Shown here one piece after another: positions 27,901 to 39,200 of a stretch of 64,000 bases of DNA. Under the pieces are notes generated by a model. That model did not search any database. It was not told the origin of the DNA and saw nothing but the letters and a program-made list of their open reading frames with translations. Source of the stretch: Chrysomallon squamiferum (Eukaryota; Animalia; Mollusca); assembly GCA_012295275.1 (NCBI GenBank), contig CM022671.1:4960001-5024000 (forward strand). Direction: 5' to 3'. How positions within the stretch are numbered: position 1 is the first letter of the stretch; each line of letters opens with the position of its first letter. The position numbers and the translations under genes are program-made.

Positions 27901-29299
27901 AAAAAGATTAATATACAAAACAAAATTCTAACTGAAAACAAATACCAGAAAGTTTCATTTACACACACTAACATTTTTGTAAATCTACATTATTAAAAAT
28001 AATCAGATAAAAAAATAAATAAATAAAATATTATTCACTATAACTTGCATATAATCTATTTTCAGATGTATGCTTCACTTCCAACTAAAAAAACTCAACA
28101 CACACACACACACACACACATATATATGCACACAAACACACACACATACACATAGTTCATGAAATGATTATATTTGTACCTGCCGGATTGTCACCACTAA
28201 TACTTATCTTGAATCCATAACACATCAAATGCTAGATATAAATTTAATGATCCAAACACGAAACTGCCAAAGCATTAAAAAAAAAAAAATAAAAAAAAAA
28301 AGATGAGGACAATTTGGTAACAACTTGCCCTGTATAAAGAGACCACCTCAAATAAAAAGGGACCAAAAATGAAAGTAATAACCATTTAAACTAGTCTAAC
28401 TTGCAACAAATAATGTTTACAAACAACATAATATACAGATGAATAACTAAATGACATTTTTCATATACCTAGAGACATCCAAAATGTGTTTATTTGTAGT
28501 TATAATTTGCCTGATAAATATCATAAAATATTTTCTAACTGCACTGTTGTTATTCCAAGTAAAATGTCTCAAAGGAAAGAAAATTCATTTACAATTTTTT
28601 TAAATAAAATATACAAGTACAGTGTACAATTCTTTTATATAAACAACATCTAAAAACATACTACTTCAGATGTAAACTCATAAAAGCAGGTGTTTTATGA
28701 CAGGCTATGATGGTAATATTATTTGTCTACACATCAAAGTCTTCAGTTCCTTCTACAGACAACATCCATCACACCTATTACCTCTATACACTAAATGATA
28801 CACCTTCCACTGAATAAAGCAAACTGGACAAAAGACATTTTCAGTGAATCACCAAATATAAACTGTATATTAAAAATTAAACTGTAAATCAAAGTGCCTT
28901 TTTACAAAATTGGCTGAAACTAATTTAGAAGCCAAGACAAACACTTCAACTATGTTGAAACTAAAGCAACAACAGCACTAAATGCTTTTATTTTTGAACA
29001 GAACTGCTTGCCAGAAAACTAACATCTGTGTTAAACCAACAAGTGAGAAAGAAAAACAAACCAATCCTCAATTTTATGTAAATTACAAAACACTTGTGTA
29101 TTTCAGAACATGAATTAGTCAGTGAAAATAACTAATTATAAATGTTTTTAAACTTCGAACCAAGCATTCTATAAAGAATTTACAAAATTCTTTCAAATGC
29201 AGAAAGTAAATTAAAGAGAAAACCAGTACAAAAATGTATGAATCAAACAATAACAAGTTAAGCAAGAGTTATCTGTATTAGTTGTTTTTATATTCTGAA

Positions 29300-29526
29300 A
29301 CAGCACTGTACTATAAACAAAGTGGTTTAATCCTATTTTCATCACTTTGTTTTATGCCTACAGCATCACACTACAGGCAAAATGATTCAAACCAGTTTTC
29401 ATCAGACTTTCTTTTAGATATACAACACCAAACTATAGACAAAATGATTTAATCCTGTTTTCATCAGACTGTTTTATACATACATCATTACTCTATAAAC
29501 AAAATGATTTAATCCTGTTTTCGTGA
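29300..29526. repeat. Four ~60-bp tandem repeats in the 3'UTR of the PRR11-like gene
   Basis: ctata(a/g)acaaaatgatttaatcctgttttcatcagac recurs at ~29311, 29371, 29432 and 29493. Confidence 0.85.
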
Positions 29527-29561
29527 CACCCACAAATCAAACACCTGTCTGTGGGCGGAGT

Positions 29562-32500
29562 TCAGGGCGAGAGTGTGACGCTGGGGCTGAAATTCAAGGA
29601 GTTGTTCTGGCTCTGGCCGGCCGATGATTTCGGACTTGGGGTTCGGACGTTTCTGAACTTGTTTTTCATTACGCTGATAAGAGCTTTGTGCAGAGGCCCT
29701 GATGGGGCAAAGTTAGTGGGTCTGACTGGGGTCCCACCTGGCGACCTGAAATCGACGATTATATTGAAATCAACAATTATATTGAAATCAAAGATTATAT
29801 TGAAATCAAAGATTATATTGAAATTAACAATTATATTAAAATTAAAGATTATATTGAAATTAACAATTATGTTGAAATCAAAGATTATATTATTTTTATT
29901 TTTAATAGTTTAGCAATGTGTGTTGATATAGTGTAAAGACTATTTTAGGAAAATTGCAGGGTTTAAGTGAGTAAATATAATGACCAAATTACTATTTGTA
30001 TTTTTCAGTAATTAAATTTATTTAATGCAGATTGATGAAAGGATGAATTTATGTTTATATGTATGTATGTGAAAAATATGTAGATATCCATTTTGGATGT
30101 GTGTGTTGTGCATATGCATGCATGCATGGGTTTATGTGTACGTATATCCATTTTTATGTATATTTTACTTGTGTTTGTGTGTGTGTTAACCTAAACCCAT
30201 AATGTTTGAGTAGGATGATAAAAAATTATATGTTACAAAAACAAAGACAGAAATTCAGTAGTTCACACTGAATTATCAGTCTGCTAATCCACCAAACCCA
30301 CCAAGCAAGGAGGAGAGATGCTACCACCCACACTACATCAAGCAACCTTTGACCTACAGCTAGTTGCTGTGTTACCTGGTGATATCAGTTGATTTCAGTC
30401 TGGAGATGGGGTTCGATGACAACAGCTCTGACTGGACATTGGCCAGTGAGGTACTGGACTTTCGTAATCCAGTCGACCCATTAGTTCTACAAAGAAAATA
30501 AACAAATAAATAAATAACAAATCAAAATAATCAGTCATGTTTTCTTGCTCTATGAAAGTATTCATGTTTTACTTCCAAAACCTAATAACTTTTTTCCTGA
30601 TGATGTTTAATATTCATTGTTGCCACTGTCCATTTATTTAAAGGTGCATATTATTATCATAGGTTACCTGTGTTTTCAAAGATACACTATTATGAAAGGT
30701 TACAGACACGATCAATAGGTACATATTTTCAAAATGTACCCAACCAAACAAACACATTAATTGAATGACTAAGGTTTTTTTTTTAAATTAATTAAAAATG
30801 GCTTAAAATTAATACAAACCTTGATGGCTTATTTTTCATTATTCTTTCAGGTGGAGTGGTAAACTGAAAAAGAAATAAGTCTGTAAGTAAATACAGAAAT
30901 AAGCAAAACAATGAGTATATCAATAAATTTATAAATATGCAATTAAAATATATAAGTCAATAAAAAATGAAATAAATAATTAAACTATATGTCAGTAAAT
31001 ATAGAAATAAACAAAACAATTAGCATGTCAATAAATGCAAGTCATTAAAGGAATTGTAAAGAAATTTTAAAAAAATATCCTTTGAATTGAAATAAACACA
31101 AAACTAAAGCTTACAGATTTGTGGTAAACTACATGATATTAGTGTACAATATGGGAGCAGTAGCTGAAATCATAATCTTCATTTCATTATTTACAATTTG
31201 TTAATGACAATTTCAGTCAAGCAATATTTGTGTGTGAACATGTATCTGTACATGAAATTAATTTGTTTTTGTAACATATTTAAACCTAATACATTCACAC
31301 AAGTAATACATAAGTGTGTGCAGAGGTACTCTTTTTGCATTACATTCAGACCTATCTTTGTTTCAGTAACAAGATAAAAACATGCAGTAAATGTTGTATG
31401 TGTTAAATTTATGGGTCTTTTTCCTAGAGAATACTAAGAATACAACATTAACTTGATTATTTCAATATCCTGAATAACCAAATCCGTCCTAACAGAACAT
31501 AAACAACAAAGAGGGATGATGCCCACCTCATGATCTGAAGCACTTTCTGGTGACGATGTCACCACTCTGTGAAGTGGTGGTCTCTGCAACTGCAACGTTG
31601 AACTTGGAGGTGGGGGTGGAGGTGGCAGTGAGGGTGGTGAGGCTGGTGGATGTGTTGGAGTTGAGAAAGAATCATTTGGAGCTACTTTGGCAACAGGAAT
31701 GGATGACGAAGACTTGTAACTGGATGTTGTTCGATTGCGTAAATATGGTTTGTCTGTTGATTTGCGATCTGCACCAGATGTTGAATGGTGACGTGAGCAC
31801 TGCTTGTCATTCTTGTCACGGCTGTTGCGTGGTGGGGAGGTGTTTTCATCATTTGTCTGGGCAGCAAGCTTTCTTTTTTTTGCAAGACGCGATGAGAATC
31901 GTCTCCCCTTGGAATCTGAAGAGAGCAAGATTACAAATTTTTAAAAAACATTTCTCAATGCTTAAAACAATTTTTTTTTTTAAATGTATAATTCATTGGC
32001 CCATGCTGTATCAGTGTATGCCTTTAATTAAAATCAAAAATTGTTTTAAAATCTTATGTAAAAAGTATTTCATCATAATTTCAAACATCAACATTGTCTA
32101 TTAAAATATATATATATATGTTATATTTATTTATTGTATGTTGTTGTTGTTGGTTTTTTTTGTATGTATGTAATATTCTTTATCTTATCTTATCTTATCT
32201 TATTTATTTATTTATTGTCTTAAACTACAATTTATGTCTGGTATCAGACATTAATCTGAACAAAAAAAAAAGTTCACATTTCATAAATAATCTATTTAAA
32301 AAGGAAAAAAACTGATTTAAAATAAATAAAAACATCTAAGCAAGCTGGATTTCTGATCAATTAGTAGTTATATTATAATTATATTAATTAAAAAAATGTA
32401 CAATGTGATTTAATGCTTGTCAATATGGGTATTTCACATACATACATTGCAATTATATTAAGTTTTAAAATTATTCATATTTAACTGAATATTGTGAATA

Positions 32501-32906
32501 CTAAATTTTTAACCCTTTTTCTATATATATTACAATTATATTAATGATTCTTTTTTTTTAAATTATTATTTTACAAAAGCATGTGAATACTAGGTTTTAA
32601 CTCAATATGTATTTATATTACAATTATATTAATTTAAAAAAAAAATGTTTGAATAGTTTGACTCAGCCCATACTTACAGCTTTGAAATACACTAATTTTT
32701 AAAATTATTTGTATTTAACTAAACATGGTGAATACTAAATTTTTAACCCTATACATATATTGTAAGTATATTAAAAATATATATATATATTTTGTTTTTT
32801 ACTCTGTGTATTATGATATTTATTGAAAAAAAAATAAAATAAAATTTTCCCAAAATCCTTTGAATACTGAATTTTTTTTATTTTCTCCATAGTTTCAATG
32901 CAATAA

Positions 32907-32943
<37 letters not shown>

Positions 32944-33210
32944 ATTTTTAAACCTTGTGAGTACTGGAAAGCTCGCGTCATCCCTCGTTTTAGCTCATTT
33001 AACTGAGTGCAAGTTTCATCTGATGTCACAAGACTGGCTTGATACTGATCACCCTGAAGAGCTGTCATCATCTTCAGCTGCATAAATAAAATTCTAATAT
33101 TTTTTTTAATCTTCCACAGAAATATGTAGCTGCAGAACAAACTGACTATTTAATAGTAAACAAATTTATTAAAACCATAATATTTAGACTGAGAAGAAAA
33201 ATTTATGAAA

Positions 33211-33245
<35 letters not shown>

Positions 33246-34153
33246 CATCATTTTATGCTGTAAAAATAAATGTTTAATATAATCTTTCAAAGGAGTAAGG
33301 ACAGTCAGAAAACATATTAGTAAACAAATTTATTTGAATTGTACAAAGATATTTAGATGAAACTGTTTTATGAAACTGACTATACATGAGGTATAAAGCA
33401 TAATTATATGAGGAAAAAGCATTTACTTAAAAAAAGCCTATATAAATATACAGTGGGTGTATTATTTATATATTCAATCAAAAAAGTGTCTCTATGTAAA
33501 AAAAAAAAAAAAAAATTACTTTCTATCTTTTTTGAAGTAATAATAATGATAGAAAAGTTTATATCTTTTTATAAAACTGTACCTTCAGGTAGGAGAAAAT
33601 TCCTCCATTTTCCAGTTCCTCAACTTTCTTTTTACGTAGAATTTCAGCATAAGCGTCTGGATTTTTCTCCAGATAACTAATCAAATCCTGCAAGTACTCA
33701 ATCTGATGAGATTTTTTCATTTTCATATCTTAAAACTTTTCCAAAATACATTAAAATAGTCTTTTAAAGAAATTGGCTCAATCTGTAAAAATTATTAAAA
33801 AAAAAAATTTGGATTTTTTAATATATTTATTTTGTTGAAATTCTTAACGTTTCAACATGATCACCATCATTGTGGTTTAGCTGAAAATCAGCTTTATAAT
33901 ATATTTCTTGAACATATTGTATCCACAATGACAAAGACCATGTCAAAAATATATATATATGGATCTGTATATAAATGGAAATGTGGTAAACTTTGACTAT
34001 TTTTACCTCCAAAGCTTTCTGTGTGGCTTTCTCTGACTGTTCTTCGATCTCCTCTTTTGTCAGCTGACAGCAGTAAGTGTGGTGCATGTCAGCTGGTTCA
34101 TCAAATTCATCATACGTTTCCACCAAGGGTGATGCAGGTATACTGGAATCCAT
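29562..34153 (-). CDS. Proline-rich protein with PRR11/MTFR1-like C-terminus (367 aa, 7 coding exons)
   Basis: Exons 34153-34007, 33687-33583, 33077-32954, 31915-31527, 30863-30820, 30486-30376 and 29745-29562. All introns are GT-AG with consistent phases; total 1104 nt. The protein has a poly-Pro tract and ends ...RLKSTDITRSPGGTPVRPTNFAPSGPLHKALISVMKNKFRNVRTPSP..., the RSPGGTP...(A)L..KF motif of PRR11/MTFR1 proteins. The gene model is solid; the family assignment is less so. Confidence 0.75.
29746..29890. repeat. 18-bp minisatellite abutting the last acceptor of the PRR11-like gene
   Basis: (tgaaatcaaagattatat)x8. It explains the ILKSK repeats in the spurious ORF 29551-29913. Confidence 0.92.
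32400..32875. repeat. Degenerate intronic tandem repeat (gtgaatactaaatttttaaccc...caattatattaa)
   Basis: 4-5 diverged copies. Confidence 0.7.
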
Positions 34154-34228
34154 TATTTAACAGTTCATCACCTGCTACAAATAGAGATATATAAATATTT
34201 GTTTTTAAATAATAATAATAATAAATAA

Positions 34229-34260
<32 letters not shown>

Positions 34261-35199
34261 ATACAAAAAGGAGAAATAAAATCATACACTACAAACACTA
34301 TTAGTGATTTGTGATTGTCTAAATTTTTATAATTAAAACTGATTTATTTATTTATTACTTCTTTTAAATTTATATATGGTGTGCAAGGTTTTTTTTATAT
34401 TTTGTCAAACATACAGCACATCACCACACTACTGCTTTGTAGCCATCCAAAGATCAAAGCTTGGAGAGGCAAATGTGTAATAACTGGCTTCTTTTGATGA
34501 AACACATTTTAAAGTTTTAAGGTGAAACTGTAACAATGCCATTAGTTTTCATTTCAGATGATCTCCCAGATTGTTCATCATTTGTATGTGTTTCTGCATT
34601 CATTTATAGAAGTAATCCACTTTTCTAACTGAAATGCAGCTCAGTTTCAATGCAGAACCAATTTTGTGAATGCCACCAAGTTCTGAAGAAACCCACCAAA
34701 AAAAAAAAAATGTCCATTTATTTAACAGGGAAGAGCACAGCAAATCAGAAAGTAGAGTAATCAGGAAAAACATCAGTTAAATCTTGGCATACACACAGTA
34801 GAAGACTCTGAGGAATTATTCACTTACTATGAATCCACATTCATTCTAAAAAATGTTACAAAACTAAAGTACTGAATACAGATATAACTGAGATAAAAAA
34901 ATAATAATAATAATAATTTTTATAAGAATTTTTTTCTCTTATATGTGCCACTTGGATAACACTTGTATAAATAATTAGCAGAACAAAAATTAAATTTATC
35001 ACTGACTACCCTCTGGCTACTATTAGCATAATAAAAATAATTATACAATTTATAGTACTGAATACTGATGATTAGAAACAGACTAGCAATTTATTATTAT
35101 TATGATAATATAAATCCAACTTCCTAGCAACTTTAAACACCACCACTGTTTATAAATAAAATAAAATACTGCAAAGAATTTGCTTGGAATAAAAAATTT

Positions 35200-35631
35200 A
35201 ATAATAACAATAATTCGGGACCGATTCCCAGATTTATTTTTGGAAATGCTAAACTTTTATCAGTGTTGGTTTAATACTAATAGCTTTCTTTCATTATCGT
35301 ATCCCGAAATATTTATAACTGTGCAAGTATTTAAATTAGATGAATAAAGAATAACGTTTCAATTTAAATTAACTTTAAAAAATACAGTTAGTTCCAGTAC
35401 TTAAAAACTTTCAAAATTTCCGCCTAGATTTCTCGATTCATTTCGACAGGTTTCAAAAACTGTTCTAACAAAAAATATACGAAACGAACTTAAAATATAT
35501 TATATTATCAATATTATTTTTATGATTATAAAAAAATAATTTATAGTGATAGGCAAAATAATGTCATTGTGTATGTTAATTAGAAATATATGTGTTGCCA
35601 GTGTTTGCAATGGAAAGTTAATATCCACACT

Positions 35632-35666
<35 letters not shown>

Positions 35667-36110
35667 GTTTAAAAATGAAATGAAATTGGAAATGTTCATG
35701 TTAAATTACATATGATCTTGAGCATGCATATACACATTATCACTAAGAGAAAGGATTCTTACTTTAATAATTATATACTATCAGGGTTATATTTTTTTAA
35801 TCGAAACACAAGGATTACAAATTTTTTCGGTGCATTTTACTGAAATTATTTCGTGAAATCTCATAGAACGAGTTTTACATTTGCGCATGCCATTGACATC
35901 CGGGTTCTGTGCACCTGACTTCTGGTCGCCATTTTGCAGCGATAGGTGCGATCAAGGATCGCATTTCCCTGCGTTAGAAGAGTTAAAAAATATTGTTTAC
36001 GGGAGTAATATCGCTCCCGTATTTACAGAGTTAGTCTTTTAAACAAATTTTTTCCAAATTCCATAATTTCTGGCTTAATAATTGTAGTATTTTTCCTTTT
36101 TTGTTGTTGC
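35200..36110. promoter_or_regulatory. Bidirectional promoter region shared by RNF10 and the PRR11-like gene
   Basis: The two genes are head-to-head. The region is CpG-enriched, with NRF1-type GCGCATGC (35883-35890), ETS-like ACATCCGGG (~35896) and YY1-type CGCCATTTTG (35927-35936). Confidence 0.65.
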
Positions 36111-36206
36111 AACATGGAGTTATGAAGAAAATGAAGTCTCAAAGTTTAAAGTCTGTTTTATCTGCTGAGCAGAAAAGAACATCTTGTTCTTTTGAAATAT
36201 TTGTTG

Positions 36207-39200
36207 ATGCTAGAAGAAGGAGTTGTCACAATGGACAAAAAGTCTCGTCAGTCGTCAGTGCAGCCAAAGAGTGGCGCATCGTCGGATGCTAAAAAAAATG
36301 GTAGGTTCTAAGGTTGTTAGGGGAAACTTTGCTACTGCAACCCCCCCACCCCAATGGCCACAGTAATTAACGATAATGGTACAGTTATTCTTTCAGCGTC
36401 TGTAACAATTCAGTGTAATTCAGATAAAGTAATAGCATGAACACATGATGAATGAAAAGTCATTCGACTTATTCACTGATTCAGTAATTGGTTTTCGATG
36501 TTCGATAAAATTAACTAGGTAAGTTATCTCTCAACAGGCGAATTTGCTGTAAATCGGATTTCTTGTTGCAAAATGGCTGTGCAAAAATAAAGGACTCAGT
36601 TTTTAAAATAAATTAATGTGTGAAATGTTATCATTTAGTGTATTGTTTAATTTAAATAATTTGTACCGACTGTAACATTCATTGGGAGTATTTTTGGTTT
36701 TGTTTTGACTTTTAGCTTATTAATATGATCAATAGGTTTTGCCTAGGAGGCAGTACAAAAAAGTTAATTGGTATATTGTTCAAATTATTTAATGTAATAT
36801 AAGAACATTTCCATGGCATAGAAAAGGTGAAGTTAATATTTTGAAACCTCTACTACAAGTGGGAGCATCATCATGCTCACAGAAATCTGGCTGCACTTCT
36901 CTCACAACATTCATATTATTCTCAGTGCTTGAATGTCTCTGCTGGAATATCACAATACTTCTTTTTCTGCATCCTCTTTTGTCATCAGTGAAAATCCGTA
37001 CCTAGCTTCCTGATGTAGCAGGTATAGCTGAATTTGGAGACACCCTCTGTTGTTAATTGACAATGCCAGCTTGGCATCATTGTTGGTACTGATGCAGTGG
37101 AAGTGAACAGAGATCAGTGGCTGGCTGCATTGTTTCAGTACAGATCAGTAGGACTATCAGTTGGTCACATGAAGACTGTGGCACATGTGATCATCCAGCA
37201 GAAAATCGTACTTTGTGTTCTTTTTAGTAGTGAATAGTTCTCCAGATGTTTTGGGGAAAATGCCATTGAATGGCAAGTGTGTTCTTTGTAAAATTTTCCA
37301 TGGCATTTTTCATACACTTTGTTTCTGTACAAGTTTGTTTAAAAAAAAATATATGTATATATTTTTGACAGATTGTATTAAAATAGACATACCTGATAAA
37401 CAGTGATAATTTCAAAGCTGTTATTAAACTACATAAAAACACTGCATGTAGATTGGAAACCAGTTTTTACCAGTGAGAGGTTCTTACACATCAAACAAAA
37501 TATTTAATTAGAAAAGTCGCATGAATGAACCTCTGTTACAGTGAAATTAAAACAAATTAAAACTTTCATTACGAACATAAAATAAAAATACAGAATGTAC
37601 AATTAGAGGCCCTGTAACAGAGTGCAAAGCAGTGTTTTATATTTACTCACCAACTGGTTAGTGAATGAAAAAAAAATAAAGCCTGTAGCAAAATTGAGTT
37701 TGTTACTTGCCAAAAGTCCAAAGCATCAATTATTTTGTTTCTCATTCTTTCTAAACTGATTTTTAATTGTATTACACAATTCTGACAAATACACGGACAA
37801 CTACAGTTGCCAGAACTAGGACATAGTTTATTTATTTTTGTTAATGGTATCTATGCTGTCATTGCTAATAAAATTTTCGAGTGATTTTTGTTTATTTATA
37901 ATAATCCTGCCGTGTAATATTTAGCTCACCTTTGGGAGCAAACAAACTGGTTATGAAGTTGTGAAAGCTCTTTTATATAAAGCATTCAGAACAACTCAGT
38001 TGTCAAATCAGCTGATGAGCTCCAAATGTGATATTCAACTATATGTCAATTTGCAAACTATGCAAAATACAGAAGTGTGTGTTTGCAGTTTTAACCATCA
38101 GTACATGTCTGACAGTCTCATTCTGAAAAAATAATCTAAGACTCCAAAAGATTAGTGTTTTGCAAATTTAAATCACCTTTTAAAATTGCCCTTTTGAAAC
38201 ATGATTAGCCCTGAAGGGTTTGGTCACCTCTGACATGTTTATGATAAGTCGTCTGCCACTGAAATCTCAAAAAAAAACCCACATAATTTAACATGAACTT
38301 TTTTCTTCTGCACGTCTTCCCTCAATCAGCAGTTTGCTTGTGACAAATACTAAGAGATATGTTTTCAGTGCTGATAATTAAATATAAATGAAAAGAAATT
38401 ATGGCATATTAAGACAGAAAAAGTTATTGCACTTTGAAAAAGGTACCCCTAGCATTTTAATCTCCAACTTTATAAAAAGTTTTTTCATATGTGTTTATTG
38501 CATAATATAAATGCCAATTCATTAGTCATCTGCTGTCAAAATCTTAATTTTTATTTTTTTAAATTTTGTTTTATATATTTTGTTATTACTACCTATTTTC
38601 AACCATAATCACATCTGCCGATACAAGCAATGTATTTGACATTTCCTCATACTTCTGCCTCTGTTGGATAATTGACCAGAGGGTTTTTTTTCTGTGTAAC
38701 AATTTCTGCTTTCAGATTAAAATCACCACTGTTACTGAGTGACAACTTCTATAATACAGTAGCAGTTTCAAATTTAAAACAATTCAGTTGTCATGATCAT
38801 TATTATTTACATTTCAATCCTTCATGTTATTATTTTTCTATCATCTGAGTTTGTTGCAAAATAAAACCTATAGTCAGCTGTTTATGATAAATGAGTTGAT
38901 ACTGACTTTTGTATTAAACGTTAAGTTGTCTTTTTTCTGTTCATTTTGGTTTGGTTTTGTTTTGTTGCTCATTTTATGTGCATTACATCTTGTTCCTGCT
39001 TCTGCATTACATCCGTTTCTTTCATTTTCTGTTGGATGTTTGACAGATAAACTCGTGCATGAAAACTAACAGAGGTTTTTCTTCTGTGTGAAATAATTTT
39101 TAAGTTAAAAATTCTACATTTTACACCAATTTTTTCCTTCAGATTAAAATCACCATTGTCTTCAATGGCATAATCTCCTCCATTATTTCTTGTTATATCA

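Noticed and set aside
31074-31084. ATATCCTTT U12-type donor
   Set aside because: It lies antisense within an intron of the minus-strand gene, and no plus-strand exon adjoins it.
31550-32104. 184-aa plus-strand ORF
   Set aside because: It is the antisense shadow of the real minus-strand exon 31915-31527.
38012-38060. CTGATGAG hammerhead-like core
   Set aside because: No stem II closed by GAAA follows, so the catalytic core is incomplete.
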